From Candidatus Babeliales bacterium (GTDB lineage: Bacteria > Babelota > Babeliae > Babelales > JANWKD01): a DNA stretch of 64,000 bases. Below, piece after piece: positions 20,101-31,890 of this stretch (position 1 is its first letter; each line of letters begins with the position of its first letter). The notes beneath the pieces are model-generated. The model was not told the DNA's origin, made no database searches, and was given only the letters and a program-made list of their open reading frames with translations. Location: positions 1,056,001 to 1,120,000 of the forward strand of contig OY969622.1 in the NCBI GenBank assembly GCA_963701665.1, read 5' to 3'. Both the position numbers and the translations under genes were made by a program.

Positions 20101-20874
20101 ATGTATCCAAAAATAATGCATCTCTTTGGTCCTATCTATATTAATAGCTATGGCACTATGATTGCGTGTGCGATCGGTATTTTTACATGGTTTGTCACAC
20201 GAGATCCCCGTAGAGCAAAAATTATATCAACAGAGCAACTCCATTGGGTGCTAATTATTGGCATAATCAGCGCTATACTTGGTGGCCGCATACTCTATTT
20301 TTTAATTGATGGTACGTATAGCATCCAAGATTTTTTTTCCTTTTGGCATGGCGGTTTTGCGGTGCTCGGGTCATTGATCGGCGTCCTCTGTGTTGCGCCA
20401 TGGTATTTAAAAAGAAATGGTATCGCTTTACTACCTTTTTTAGATTTAATCGCAATCTATGCTCCATTATTACAAAGTATTTCACGCATAGGATGTTTCC
20501 TTGCCGGTTGTTGTTATGGAAAACCAACGAGCGTTGCATGGGCGGTTACCTATTATCATGAAGCATGTACCGCGCCATTACATATCCCATTACATCCAAC
20601 GCAGCTGTATAGTGCACTACTATTGTTCGGTATTTTTTGTCTTCTAAAATTTCTTCTTGCACCAATCTGCAAAAAGAACGGGCAACTGGTGAGCTTATAT
20701 ATTCTTTTCATGGCAACTGAACGATATATCACCGATCTCTTTCGAGGTGATCAATCATTCGGTATCGGTTTCTTTGGTTCCCCTTATCAACTACTTGCAT
20801 GTTTTCTTATGTTCAGTGCCGCAGTCTACTTTTATTTCATCACGTTCCGGCCTTCTTCAAGCGTACGCTCATGA
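20101..20874 (+). CDS. lgt: Prolipoprotein diacylglyceryl transferase
   Basis: SYG, GGRILY, WHGG, RIGCFLAGCCYG, HPTQLY, FRGD motifs. Confidence 0.92.
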   Translation: MYPKIMHLFGPIYINSYGTMIACAIGIFTWFVTRDPRRAKIISTEQLHWVLIIGIISAILGGRILYFLIDGTYSIQDFFSFWHGGFAVLGSLIGVLCVAPWYLKRNGIALLPFLDLIAIYAPLLQSISRIGCFLAGCCYGKPTSVAWAVTYYHEACTAPLHIPLHPTQLYSALLLFGIFCLLKFLLAPICKKNGQLVSLYILFMATERYITDLFRGDQSFGIGFFGSPYQLLACFLMFSAAVYFYFITFRPSSSVRS

Positions 20875-22664
20875 GCCTCTTTAAATTTGTAAAAAGCAAT
20901 GTTGCCATCCTAGAAGTTGTCAGTGCTTATACAACGCTCAAACAAGCGGGCCATTATTGGAAAGGCTGCTGCCCACTGCACACAGAAAAAACGGCCTCGT
21001 TCACGGTAAGCCCGAATCGTAATATTTTTTACTGCTTTGGATGTCACATTGGTGGTGATGCTATCGCATTTATTGAAAAAGTGGAAAATTGCTCCGCGCT
21101 GCAAGCTTCAGAATATCTTATTGATCGGTTTTCTTTAACCGTACCTGAAGAATTGCGCTCAAAAGATCGCCAGCACAAAACGAGTGCACACACCGATGAA
21201 AAAAAACAGTACTGGGATTTGTGTGCGCACACGGCCGCGTGGTGCCACAATCAGCTCATGCGCTCGCCTCATATTCTGGAATATCTCGCTCACCGAGGGA
21301 TAGAAAAAAATATGATCGCTCATTTCATGCTCGGTTTCTTTCCGAGTGGCCAATATGCACTCAAGTCACTCGTTGATTATGCCAAAACGCAGAATTATTT
21401 ACTTGATGATCTTCTTACTGCTAACATTGTTGGCGTAACTAAAGGCACTATTTTTTCTTCATTAGAGGATCGTATCGTTTTTCCCATAAAAGATCATCTT
21501 AGTCGCCATTGTGGATTTGGGGGGAGAATTTTCAAACCGCAGGATACCCGCCCCAAATATTATAATTCCAAGGAAAATCCCTATTTTTCAAAAGGGTCCT
21601 TGCTCTTTGGCCTTGAACTTGCCAAAAAACATATTCAGCAAAGTAACAGCGCTTTCTTAGTAGAAGGCTATATCGATTGTATCGCCATGGTGCAACACGG
21701 CTTTCCCAACACGGTGGCAACCCTTGGTACTGCTTGTAATTTAGAACATTTGAAAGTCCTTTCACGCTATTGCCAAGTCCTCTATGTTCTGTTTGATGGT
21801 GATATAGCAGGCCAAAAAGCCATGCTCCGCCTTACTGATTTTGCCTGGCAGGTCAATATTGATCTTAAAATCGTTCGATTGCCTATAGGGGAAGATCCTG
21901 CCTCACTGTTGGCAAAAAAAGGCGACCTACACTCCCTTGTGAGCCAAGCTCAGGACATCTTTATGTTCTATATTCAGCACTTAGGACAGGACTTTTATCA
22001 AAAAACCTTACAAGACAAGATGCAGAGCACTAAAAATTTACTCTCGCTAGTGGCCCATCTAGAACCGCTCAAACAGGATTTTTTATTACAGACTGCATCG
22101 AAAGCGTTTGCTATACCCTGTACCACGCTCAAAACTGAGCTAGCACGCTTAAGCCACAAAGTTGAACCGGCGCCAACCCAGGATACGCCGGCGCAAACAG
22201 CTCCAAAAGCTGAGTCAATTTCCCTGAAAAGAATATCTGATTTGGAAAAAAAATTATTTTCTGTTATAGTAAATAACATAATGGAGTTACCGGCACCTAT
22301 AGATCACACCATTATTGAGTCTTTTAGTTCACCTTTACAGGAAATTCTTACGATCTTGCTTGAGAAAAAAGAAGAAGCTGCACCCTTTGATTTTGCTGAG
22401 TTTTTTGAACGTTTAACACCAGCCCAGGGGGAGCTTACCAATAAAATTTTATTCACGTATCAAACCTATGATGATACGCAAAGTTTTATGCAGCTTTTTG
22501 AGCATTTTGCCAAAAGCCAATGGAAAGCGAGGGTGAATATGCTTAAACTAAACCTCGCAAAAGCACATAAAGAAGGTAACGAGCAGAAAGTAAAAAAATT
22601 ATTAGAAGATTTCCAACATCTCAAACGTACGTTAACTAGGGGTACACATGAGCAAAAAAATTAA
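20871..22664 (+). CDS. dnaG: DNA primase
   Basis: Zn finger [11 protein letters not shown]...CFGC, FGGR, PKYYNS, VEGYID, FDGDIAG motifs. Confidence 0.96.
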   Translation: MSLFKFVKSNVAILEVVSAYTTLKQAGHYWKGCCPLHTEKTASFTVSPNRNIFYCFGCHIGGDAIAFIEKVENCSALQASEYLIDRFSLTVPEELRSKDRQHKTSAHTDEKKQYWDLCAHTAAWCHNQLMRSPHILEYLAHRGIEKNMIAHFMLGFFPSGQYALKSLVDYAKTQNYLLDDLLTANIVGVTKGTIFSSLEDRIVFPIKDHLSRHCGFGGRIFKPQDTRPKYYNSKENPYFSKGSLLFGLELAKKHIQQSNSAFLVEGYIDCIAMVQHGFPNTVATLGTACNLEHLKVLSRYCQVLYVLFDGDIAGQKAMLRLTDFAWQVNIDLKIVRLPIGEDPASLLAKKGDLHSLVSQAQDIFMFYIQHLGQDFYQKTLQDKMQSTKNLLSLVAHLEPLKQDFLLQTASKAFAIPCTTLKTELARLSHKVEPAPTQDTPAQTAPKAESISLKRISDLEKKLFSVIVNNIMELPAPIDHTIIESFSSPLQEILTILLEKKEEAAPFDFAEFFERLTPAQGELTNKILFTYQTYDDTQSFMQLFEHFAKSQWKARVNMLKLNLAKAHKEGNEQKVKKLLEDFQHLKRTLTRGTHEQKN

Positions 22665-24827
22665 ATCAAAAAAAGTAAAAGTAGCATCGAAAAAAGCTGT
22701 AGCAAGAAAAACAGTAGCAAAAAAAGCAGCGTCGAAAAAAGTAGCATCAAAAAAAACAAGCGCAGCCCGTTCAAAAGCGAGTATAAAGAGCCGCCCAAAA
22801 AAAGTCAGCCCAAAGAGCAGTGCAAAGAGTAGCGCAACAGCTAGTCCAAAAACCACGCTAAAAGGCAAAGCAAAAGATATTGATACTCGCAAAAAATTAG
22901 CACCGAAAAAAAAGATCGTAGCGCCGAAACCTACCGCGCAACAAGCGCATGAAGAGGAAGAAACACTCAACCCTGTCGTAGGGGAAGCGCTCGGTGTAAA
23001 ATCTGAATTTAAAAAGGGTCTTATAGAACCACTCATTGCCAAAGGTAAAAAGAGTGGATTTTTGACCTATGAAGAAGTCATGGAATTTAGTCATAAATTC
23101 CAATTGACTGATGTAGAAACAAATAATCTGATGCGCGTTTTTGATAAAGAGCATATTGAACTTCTCATGCAAGAAGAGCTTGAAGCAAACTCGCCTGATA
23201 TTGATGGTTTTGAAAAAGATGATGAGCCACTTAAAGGTAAAAATCTTAAAGAAAAACTTGAAAATTCTTTAGATATTGAAGCTGATGAAGAACTTGTCGA
23301 AGAAGAAGACGAAGCTGACAGCGATGAAGATAGAACGGCAGCAATTCGAGAAGCTGCAAGTTCTGCACAAATTGCCGACGGTGTTAAATGTTATTTGCGC
23401 GACATTGGTAAAATTCCTCTTTTAAATAAAAAAACAGAATCAATTATTGCCGAACAGATCGCATCAGGTAAACGCGAGTCAATTGAAGCTATTTCACAAT
23501 TTCCATTTATCCATAAAGAATTTGTGTCAATTGGCGAACGTATCCAAAAAGGCACCCTTCCTTTAAAGGATGTCATTCAGTTCTCTGAATTTGATCAGGA
23601 AAATTTGCCAAAAGTGCAAGAAGAAAAAGATGCTCTTCTAGCCACCATCCAAAAAATCAAAGACTTAATTGGCAATGAAGAAAAAATTTATCGCCACTAC
23701 CGCGGCAATCTCGATACTGATGCAAAAAAGAAAGAGATGCTTGATAAGGTCAAAGAGAACAAAAAGCTCATTGCCCAAACAATTCAATCAATCAAAGTTG
23801 CCAACAAATTGATCAAAAAGCTTGGCAATAGAATTGAAAAAGCTGTTTTAAAGATTCAAGAAAAACTGACCATCATCAAAGAGAACGAAGAAAAACTCGC
23901 CTATTTTAAACAAGCAAAAAACGTTGATCCGCTTGAAAAAGAAGAGTGCGAAAAAAATATTCGTGGCGCCTACAAAGCTATTAAAAAAATTGAAGGCGAA
24001 ATGGGCCTTCCTCAATCGCTCATCTTCAAATATTATGCACAACTTAGACATGGCCAAGATAAAGATAAACGTGCCAAAGATGATCTTGCCAAAGCAAACT
24101 TGCGTCTTGTGGTTAATATTGCCAAAAAATATATTAACCGCGGGTTACATTTCCTTGATTTAATTCAAGAAGGTAACTATTGGTCTTAATGAAAGCAGTT
24201 GAAAAGTTTGAATTTGAACGAGGGTATAAATTTTCGACCTATGCAACCTGGTGGATTCGTCAAGCCATAACTCGTGCAATTGCCGATCAATCACGTACAA
24301 TTCGCGTGCCAGTGCACATGGTTGAAACGCTTAATAAAATTAACAAAATTAAGCGTACGTTTATCCAAGAACATGGTCGCGAGCCAAGTCATGCTGAATT
24401 TGCAAAAGAGCTTAATATTGATGAGAAAAAGATCAAAAATATTATCAAAATCTCTAAAGAACCAATTTCTCTTGAAACACCCGTTGGTGATAGCGAAGAT
24501 GCATTCATTAAAGATTTCATTGAAAATGAAGATGAATTTTCACCCGCTGACACGGTAAGCAGCAATGATTTGAAAGAACGCGTGCGTGAAGTTCTTAAAA
24601 CATTGACGCCGCGTGAAGAAAAAGTGTTAAAAATGAGATTTGGGATTGATGTTGCTTCTGAGCATACCCTTGAAGAAGTTGGTAAGGATTTTTCTGTTAC
24701 TCGTGAACGTATTCGTCAAATTGAAGTGAAAGCATTACGTAAATTACGACATCCTTCCCGCAGTAAAAAATTAGAATCGTTTTTTGATAAAGAATTTGAT
24801 ACGATTGCTAATGACTCGATCGAATAA
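22648..24827 (+). CDS. rpoD: RNA polymerase primary sigma factor, split by a frameshift at ~24178-24188
   Basis: Region 1.2 ([11 protein letters not shown]) and 2.1-2.2 ([20 protein letters not shown]) in one frame; [20 protein letters not shown] and region 4 ([15 protein letters not shown]) in another. Confidence 0.95.
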
Positions 24828-24862
24828 TAGAGACTCGTTTAAAAAAGGATATTTAAGGAACA

Positions 24863-26170
24863 ATGGAACCAGATCAAGTTAGTTTGTTGTATGGAGAATT
24901 TGCGCTCTTTTTTCTCTCACTTCTTGGTTGTGCTCTTTTTTCATTTATTGAAACAAGTATTACCGCGCTCCGTCTTTTTAAATTAAAAGAAATTGCCACC
25001 GGAACGACACGATACGCAGCACTGCTTGATACCCTCGAAAATAATCCTCATCAAGTACTGGTCACCATTCTGATTGCTAACTGCCTAGCCAATGTAACGG
25101 CAGCTGCGTTGATTACCAACATCATGGAACGAGTGTTTGCCTCGCTGAAGTTATCGACAAGCTTAGGGTTCTCATTAGGCATCGGTATTGGTACGTTTCT
25201 TATTTTAGTAATCGGTGAAGTGGTGCCTAAAAATGTTGCAAAAGTACATGGTGAAAAGCTATTCAAATCAGTATTATGGGTCACTAATATTACCTATTTT
25301 GTCATGTATCCTTTTGTCAGTCTGCTCATCCACATTTCAAATTTCTTTGTCAGATTCATTGGCGGTTCAAGTGAGTCAACTGAAGCCGTTACTTCTGAGC
25401 GTGAGATACGATTCTTAATCGATTACATTAACAAAAAAGGTCTCATAGAAACAGAAAAGACTGAGATGCTCCAAAGTATTTTTAACTTTGGCAGCAAGGA
25501 AGTGCGGGAAATTATGGTACCCGCCGTTGATATCATTATGATTAATGCAACGGCAAGCATTCCTGATGCACTCGCCATGTTTTCAAAATATCAGTTTTCT
25601 CGTTTGCCTGTGTATGAAGAAAACCAAGAAAATATTATTGGTATGTTATATCAAAAGGATATTTTTGCCCTTCTTTCACATGATCATCATAAATCACTGC
25701 ATGATCTTGTGCGACCGATTCTTTTTGTGCCCGAAAGCATGAAAATCAATCAGTTGCTACGCAAATTCAGGCAACAACGCATGCATATGGCCATTGTTAT
25801 TAATGAATATGGTAGCATCACGGGCCTTGTAAGTCTTGAAGATGTTCTTGAAGAAATTGTTGGTGAAATTAGCGATGAATATGAAGAAGTAACTGAAAAA
25901 GTTATTCCTTTACAAGAAGGCGGTTGGCTTGTCGATGCTTCCGTTGATTTAAAAAGTTTATCAGAACTCCTTGATATTACTTTTAGCACCAACGCAGTAA
26001 CCTTGGGCGGATTTTTAACGGAACAGTTGCAACATTTACCCAACAAAGGCGAGCGCATTTTATATAAGCATTATTATTTTCAAGTGCATAAGGCGAGCCA
26101 CAAACGTATTTTACAAGTTTTGATCTTTCACGATTCTCTTCCTGAACCCACGTTAATTTCACAAGAATAA
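24863..26170 (+). CDS. Hemolysin/CNNM-family protein (DUF21-CBS-CorC)
   Basis: FSFIETS, GEVVPK, VREIMVP, FSRLPVY, INEYGSITGLVSLEDVLEEIVGEI, TLGG. Confidence 0.92.
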   Translation: MEPDQVSLLYGEFALFFLSLLGCALFSFIETSITALRLFKLKEIATGTTRYAALLDTLENNPHQVLVTILIANCLANVTAAALITNIMERVFASLKLSTSLGFSLGIGIGTFLILVIGEVVPKNVAKVHGEKLFKSVLWVTNITYFVMYPFVSLLIHISNFFVRFIGGSSESTEAVTSEREIRFLIDYINKKGLIETEKTEMLQSIFNFGSKEVREIMVPAVDIIMINATASIPDALAMFSKYQFSRLPVYEENQENIIGMLYQKDIFALLSHDHHKSLHDLVRPILFVPESMKINQLLRKFRQQRMHMAIVINEYGSITGLVSLEDVLEEIVGEISDEYEEVTEKVIPLQEGGWLVDASVDLKSLSELLDITFSTNAVTLGGFLTEQLQHLPNKGERILYKHYYFQVHKASHKRILQVLIFHDSLPEPTLISQE

Positions 26171-26278
26171 TCACAGCATCTTCCTTGACTTAGCAAATAT
26201 CAAGTTTCTAAGATTAATTTAAATAACGCCAAACGCAATCTAGCTATTCCGCAGGAAATGCGTATTAAAAACAAAGTT

Positions 26279-26376
26279 GTCATTGCGAGCGCATGCGTGG
26301 CAATCCAATTATAAAATTAGTTCCTTTAAGGAATTAATTAAAGTTTGGATCCCCACGGCTAACGCCTCGGGATGAC
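26279..26376 (+). repeat. Palindromic intergenic repeat, copy 5 (core; outer inverted repeats span ~26224-26412)
   Basis: GTCATTGCGAG-cgcatg-CGTGGCAATCCA...TGGATCCCCACG-gctaacgc-CTCGGGATGAC. Confidence 0.95.
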
Positions 26377-26442
26377 GTCCTTGTTTTATTACGTTTCATC
26401 GCATTAGCGTTAAGTTGAAATAATTTATTAGGGAGAGAGTGT

Positions 26443-26808
26443 ATGAAAATTGTTTATATATATATTTTATTGCCATTACTTTTTGGCACAGATGTTATCC
26501 ATGCCGCCAAGAAACCAAAGCAAAACGAACAAAAACCATCAACACAACAAGAAGAGGAATTGAGTGATGAAGCACGCGACGCGATGCTCATCACTTCAGG
26601 CGTGGGCATTTTAACGGCAGTCGCAAGCATTTTAATTGATCGCTACAATATTTCCCATGTTAAATCACAACTCTTTCTTATGCTCGCCGGTATTCAACAA
26701 TTTGTTTCCTATATGGTGCGCTCGCCATTGACGGAAGAACAAAAAGAAAGAATTGTTGAGGAATTAATTGCCTATTTAGAAGAACAGTGGGAACTGAACA
26801 AAATTTAA
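26443..26808 (+). CDS. Exported hypothetical protein
   Basis: GGGAG RBS; signal peptide IHA|A. Confidence 0.7.
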   Translation: MKIVYIYILLPLLFGTDVIHAAKKPKQNEQKPSTQQEEELSDEARDAMLITSGVGILTAVASILIDRYNISHVKSQLFLMLAGIQQFVSYMVRSPLTEEQKERIVEELIAYLEEQWELNKI

Positions 26809-26829
26809 TGTTGCCTAAAAAATTTTTCT

Positions 26830-27153
26830 TTATTTATTTTTTCGTTGCTCATATTCTTTTTCTAGGAAGTCAAAATATTCATCAGATATAGGCTCATAGT
26901 GCCAAGGACGTTCTTTCCAACATTTGATATCACCAGCTTTACGTTCTTCGATATCAATTTTACATTTATGAGCCACCATAATTTTAAAGCCATCTACCGG
27001 AAACAAATCCGCACTATACCATATCTCTTTTTTATTTTCCCCTCTGCGAACCGTGCTTATATTTGCTACGTCTAATTTTTGTGGAGCATCCATTGTTTGA
27101 GTATCGGTTATACACACAATGGTAAAAGCAATCATATAATAACGTAACTTCAA
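26830..27153 (-). CDS. Small secreted hypothetical protein
   Basis: AAAGG RBS, TTG start; signal peptide TQT|MD. Confidence 0.65.
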   Translation of the reverse strand: MKLRYYMIAFTIVCITDTQTMDAPQKLDVANISTVRRGENKKEIWYSADLFPVDGFKIMVAHKCKIDIEERKAGDIKCWKERPWHYEPISDEYFDFLEKEYEQRKNK

Positions 27154-27372
27154 AATCTGCCTTTCTTACTAAGATATCCGATTTCATAATGATATTGTTA
27201 TTCTACAACATCAAATTTTCGCAAACTACTTTGCCATAAAAGCACATTTTTGCAATTAAATATCAAAACTCCCCGTGGCGAAATAAAAATAAAAACAATT
27301 ATTCATATTTATTGCAATTAGAAAAGTTAATCTTGTATCATAAAGCTAGATTTACTTTTCTAAGGAAATAGT

Positions 27373-29466
27373 GTGTATAATAAAAAACTGTTGTTATTTT
27401 CAGTGTTTTCTTTTTCTGCTATAACTATGGCCCAAGAATGTCCCTTGAGCGAAAAAACATTATTATTTATTGATACGGGGTTTAATAATCCTTATTGTTA
27501 TGATTCGTTATTTACCCTCGCTCGTTCTGCGGGTTTTAACCCACTCTTTAAGCCATTTTATAACGTTAGCAAACAGGATCTTGTAGCATCCGACACGATT
27601 TTTTTTAACATTGATGGGTTATTCCTAAAAAATTATTTAGAAGCGCGATTACAAAAAAAAGAAGTCACGCATCCTGTTTTAGTGCGTATTCTCGCCCTTA
27701 TTGCAACCATTGCTCAAAGTTCCCATAAAACTATTACTTTATTGCTGCCGGAACTTAACATTAAACAAGAGGCATTTAACATCCTATTGCTTGAAGATTT
27801 AACACGGCTCTTTAACATTATCCCTCAAGAACAAGAAGCACGGATAAAACCTGCCATGAGCATTTTTTTTCATGAACTGTTACAACCAGATCATATAAAA
27901 AGTACCTCGTATAACACGGCACTATTACACACAAGAGAATCAAAAGAAATACAAAGCACGAACTTAGAGATAAAAGATCCAAATGATGATCAGATTATAG
28001 TAAAAACAGTGCCGCTATTTCAGTGCGATGGATTAAAAACATATCCTCTCGCCCTCTACACCAAAAATAATGCTATGGATAATCAGTTTTTTATAAGCAA
28101 AATAAGCTTATTAACATTCGCTGATATTAAAGAAAGTTTTGTTTATAATCCTATGGATTATCCACTAAGAACACTATTGCTTACCCAGTTACAGCAATTT
28201 TTATGTGTTGTATACCAATCGCATCTACACAAAAAATTACTCGATCCATGCCAACAAAATCTTGTATTGCCCTCGTTATTTAATCAACAGCGTGAAATGC
28301 AGCTCAAGGGAACGTTTGCAAACGAGCGTAATAAAAACACCGATCAAAAAAAATACGCGTGGGTTAATAAAGAAGAAATTTGGTGTGGCTGGGGCGGCCT
28401 TGAACAATATGAAAAAAAGGAACCTCAAGCCGTCGAGCATTTGGGTCAATCGGGCATTAATTTGTTATGGCTTGAATTAAATCCTGAATGGTATCTGGCT
28501 GAAAATGCGATGAGAAAAGATCAAAAAAATAAATTCCTCTCATCAATTGAAGCGTTCACTAAGGCATATGCTGCCTACAAGGAGAAAGAAGGCCTATCAT
28601 TGCCTCACTTTTTTGTAGGTACTGATATTACCAGTAATTTTCGAGTAACCCCCGTTAAACACCCCGTTCGTGATGTCTATGGAACGGTATATTCAAAAAT
28701 TCCCTGCCCCTTTGATGTTGAAAATTTTTGGCAACCCGAACTTTTTGATGTTTTAACCTCGTTCAAAAAAGAATGGCGAACTATTAATCATGGCGTTACT
28801 CTTGATGGCATCTTTCTAGATCTAGAAATGTATCATGCTCAGGATCAAAGCGGTCAATATACAACTGAGATGGATTTTTCAGATTATGCATGGAATTTAT
28901 ACGTTCAAGCAAAACAGAATCCCTCTTTAATGAAACTTACTTTTGAAAACCGTATCCGGTATTTACTTGATCAGCAGCAATTTGATGATTATTTTGCTTT
29001 CTTACATCATGAAGCTTTCAAAATAGGCAGGCTCATCAAAAATTATTGTCACCAAGAATTCCCACACGCCCTGTTAGGGGCATATAACATCCATCTGCCT
29101 CATGCATGGTTTTACCTAGGCTTGTTAGCAGGATTAAGCTCGCCACAAGATCCTCTCATTCTTGCTACCTTCAATAATGAATTCTATCGCCACTATAGCT
29201 GGTTACATCAGCAAAACATTTTTCTGTATCATATGCCCGTTTTATTGTTATCAAAGTTTAAAAAAATTGAGGATTTTGGGCTCATCAATGAGTTTGAAAA
29301 AACGCATGACGGTGCTTGGTTTAACCGAATATCGCGGCTTGAAGAATCACGCGACCCACAAACATGGCAATGGGATTACGGTGTTGAAACATCGCCTTTA
29401 TCAACGGAGATTGTAGTCAACCACATGAAACATGCTATTACCGAGTGTCAAAAAAATCTTAAATAA
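27373..29466 (+). CDS. Secreted protein, C-terminal half possibly a glycoside-hydrolase-like TIM barrel
   Basis: 697-aa ORF with signal peptide; DGIFLDLEMY resembles the TIM-barrel GH beta-4 motif. Confidence 0.6.
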   Translation: MYNKKLLLFSVFSFSAITMAQECPLSEKTLLFIDTGFNNPYCYDSLFTLARSAGFNPLFKPFYNVSKQDLVASDTIFFNIDGLFLKNYLEARLQKKEVTHPVLVRILALIATIAQSSHKTITLLLPELNIKQEAFNILLLEDLTRLFNIIPQEQEARIKPAMSIFFHELLQPDHIKSTSYNTALLHTRESKEIQSTNLEIKDPNDDQIIVKTVPLFQCDGLKTYPLALYTKNNAMDNQFFISKISLLTFADIKESFVYNPMDYPLRTLLLTQLQQFLCVVYQSHLHKKLLDPCQQNLVLPSLFNQQREMQLKGTFANERNKNTDQKKYAWVNKEEIWCGWGGLEQYEKKEPQAVEHLGQSGINLLWLELNPEWYLAENAMRKDQKNKFLSSIEAFTKAYAAYKEKEGLSLPHFFVGTDITSNFRVTPVKHPVRDVYGTVYSKIPCPFDVENFWQPELFDVLTSFKKEWRTINHGVTLDGIFLDLEMYHAQDQSGQYTTEMDFSDYAWNLYVQAKQNPSLMKLTFENRIRYLLDQQQFDDYFAFLHHEAFKIGRLIKNYCHQEFPHALLGAYNIHLPHAWFYLGLLAGLSSPQDPLILATFNNEFYRHYSWLHQQNIFLYHMPVLLLSKFKKIEDFGLINEFEKTHDGAWFNRISRLEESRDPQTWQWDYGVETSPLSTEIVVNHMKHAITECQKNLK

Positions 29467-29540
29467 CCCTCACATCATTCCTCCATCAATGATATGCTAT
29501 GGTAAATTCATAGCAAAATATAATGAGGTGAGGCTTTGCC

Positions 29541-29864
29541 ATGAACAAAAAAAATCTTACGCTAATCCTGGTTCTTTCTTTCCCTACTTTCAGTTTTTGC
29601 ATGTACCATCGCTTTCTAATTATTCATAACGATCAAAAAGAGAGTATAAAAATTGAATTTTTTCGACCAGATGTAGGTTTTGGTGGTTCACATACCTGCA
29701 TAAAAGATGAAATTATACTACAGCCACAAGAATGGACGTTAGCCTCCATCGGAATAGCAAAACGCAAGCCATATTCATCAATGAGGTGCATTACTTCTAC
29801 TAAAAAATTTATTCTAAGAGTTCCTGAAGACGTCTCTCAAGTTAATATAAAAAACACACCCTAA
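29541..29864 (+). CDS. Small secreted hypothetical protein
   Basis: GAGG RBS; signal peptide SFC|MY; IIHND..I.I motif. Confidence 0.6.
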   Translation: MNKKNLTLILVLSFPTFSFCMYHRFLIIHNDQKESIKIEFFRPDVGFGGSHTCIKDEIILQPQEWTLASIGIAKRKPYSSMRCITSTKKFILRVPEDVSQVNIKNTP

Positions 29865-29912
29865 TGCAGATACTTACGACAAAAATGCTTTATTAGGGTA
29901 TACTTATCTATT

Positions 29913-31784
29913 ATGATTACTATTAACAATCTTTCCCTTGAATTCGGTTCACGCAGCCTTTATAAAGGTATTTCATGCGCTATTAATGCCACTCAGCGCA
30001 TCGGTCTTGTTGGCCGTAATGGCGAGGGTAAATCAACCCTGCTTGAGCTTATTGCCCAAGCGAGTACAAAGCCCAGCTCAACGAGTGCAATCTCTGTCGC
30101 ACACGCCAAAAAAATAGTGTATTTACCACAAGAAGTCGTTTTAGCATCAGATAAAACTATCCTTGAAGAAACCTTTACGGCATTTGCCCGTGTATACGCG
30201 CTGCTTGAAGAGGCAAACAACCTTGAACTACTTCTTGAACAAGAACCAGAAAATAGTGTGTACGGGCAACAGTATAGTGATGTTCAGGCGGAACTCGCCC
30301 ATCACAATCCCGATAAAGCACGCTCAGAAGCAAAAGAAATGCTTATGGGACTCGGTTTTAGAGAAGAGCAGTTCAACCAACCCGTTGCGTCATTAAGCGT
30401 CGGTTGGAAAATGCGTATCGTACTGGCAAAATTATTGTTACAAAAAGCTGATTTTTATCTTTTAGATGAGCCGACGAACCATTTAGATATCGTTGCAAAA
30501 GATTGGTTTTTAAAGTTCCTCAAAAAGGCACCTTTCGGCTTCTTATTAGTGTGCCATGAACGGTATTTTTTGGATCAACTATGTTCCTCTATTCTTGAGC
30601 TTGAATTAGGAAACGCAAAAATGTATACCGGCAGCTTTAGCCAGTATCAAATACAAAAAGAACGTGATCGCGAACTGCTTGAAAAAGCATACCATGAACA
30701 GCAAAGAGAAATTAAAGCAAAACAAGAAACGATCGATCGATTCCGTGCAAAAGCATCAAAAGCGCGTATGGCGCAAAGTATGATCAAAGCACTCGACCGT
30801 ATTGAAAAAATTACCATGCCGCCCTCGCCTAGGAATATTCATATAACGTTCCCCCCTTTGCAAGCGTGCGCCAAAGTTGTTCTTGAAGCGCACGGATTGG
30901 CATTTGCTTTCAATGAAAAACGTATTTTTAATAATGTTTCTTTAACGATAGAACGAGGGAATAAAATTGCGCTCGTTGCAGCCAATGGTGTTGGAAAAAC
31001 TACGCTCTTTAACGTATTAACTGGCAAGTATAAACCACAGCAAGGCACTATTACCTTTGGCAACAATGTTAAGCCCGCCTTGTTTGAACAAGAGCAAACG
31101 GCCGCCCTTGAACTTGATAAAACCATTCTTGAAAACTTAGAAACTTCATGCCCTAATATTTCTTTGCAAACCATGCGAAGCTTTTTAGGAGCTTTTCTCT
31201 TTAGCGCTGAAGATAGTAAAAAAAAGGTCCGTGTATTAAGCGGTGGTGAAAAAAATAAAGTCGGTATGATAAAAGTCCTATTGCAAAACGCCAACTTTTT
31301 ACTCCTTGACGAGCCTACTAACCACCTTGATATCCCATCAAAAGAGATATTATTAAAAGCGCTTAAAGAGTATAAAGGCACTATCTTCTTCGTATCACAT
31401 GATCATAGTTTCATCAATGAACTTGCGACCCATATTATTGAACTTTCACGTGACGGTGCGCGAAAGTATGAAGGTAACTATGATTCATACCTTTATCACA
31501 AACAACTCATGCACTCCCAGACGGAGGAAACTATGGATAAACCTTCAAAAAATCTTCAAAAAAAGAGTCTTTCTACAAAAGAACAATTTGAGCGTATGAA
31601 AAAAATACGCGCCCTTGAAAAAAAAATTGAAGAACTAGAAGCAGCTATCGATTCACAAGGCTGTATTTTTGTAGAGCTTGTATTTGGGACACCAGAGTAT
31701 CAAGAAGCCGAAATTTCCCTAAAAAAGCTTAAACTTACCCTTGCAGCCTTGATGCTTGAATGGGAAGAGCTCAATGATAGGTAA
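29913..31784 (+). CDS. ABC-F family ATP-binding protein
   Basis: Two ABC domains (GRNGEGKST and AANGVGKTT; LLDEPTNHLD twice), no TM segments, C-terminal coiled coil. Confidence 0.93.
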   Translation: MITINNLSLEFGSRSLYKGISCAINATQRIGLVGRNGEGKSTLLELIAQASTKPSSTSAISVAHAKKIVYLPQEVVLASDKTILEETFTAFARVYALLEEANNLELLLEQEPENSVYGQQYSDVQAELAHHNPDKARSEAKEMLMGLGFREEQFNQPVASLSVGWKMRIVLAKLLLQKADFYLLDEPTNHLDIVAKDWFLKFLKKAPFGFLLVCHERYFLDQLCSSILELELGNAKMYTGSFSQYQIQKERDRELLEKAYHEQQREIKAKQETIDRFRAKASKARMAQSMIKALDRIEKITMPPSPRNIHITFPPLQACAKVVLEAHGLAFAFNEKRIFNNVSLTIERGNKIALVAANGVGKTTLFNVLTGKYKPQQGTITFGNNVKPALFEQEQTAALELDKTILENLETSCPNISLQTMRSFLGAFLFSAEDSKKKVRVLSGGEKNKVGMIKVLLQNANFLLLDEPTNHLDIPSKEILLKALKEYKGTIFFVSHDHSFINELATHIIELSRDGARKYEGNYDSYLYHKQLMHSQTEETMDKPSKNLQKKSLSTKEQFERMKKIRALEKKIEELEAAIDSQGCIFVELVFGTPEYQEAEISLKKLKLTLAALMLEWEELNDR

Positions 31785-31860
31785 AAAAAGGCAATTCTAT
31801 ACCTTATAATAACTACAATTAGCAAAAAACCCCTATAAAATAGCTATTTTATAAAAACCA

Positions 31861-31890
31861 TTGATTTTCATATTGGATTTTTTGTACCAT
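31861..31890 (+). promoter_or_regulatory. Putative sigma70-type promoter for the microprotein locus
   Basis: TTGATT-N18-TACCAT about 85 nt upstream of ATG 31975. Confidence 0.35.

Noticed and set aside
22632..23042. 136-aa hydrophobic minus-strand ORF
   Set aside because: Mirror of the Lys/Ala-rich rpoD N-terminus.
24172..24191. Programmed frameshift or intron in rpoD
   Set aside because: No slippery sequence or intervening element; two separate 1-bp insertions are needed to restore the protein.
30839..31381. 180-aa minus-strand ORF
   Set aside because: Antisense to the conserved second ABC domain of the ABC-F gene.
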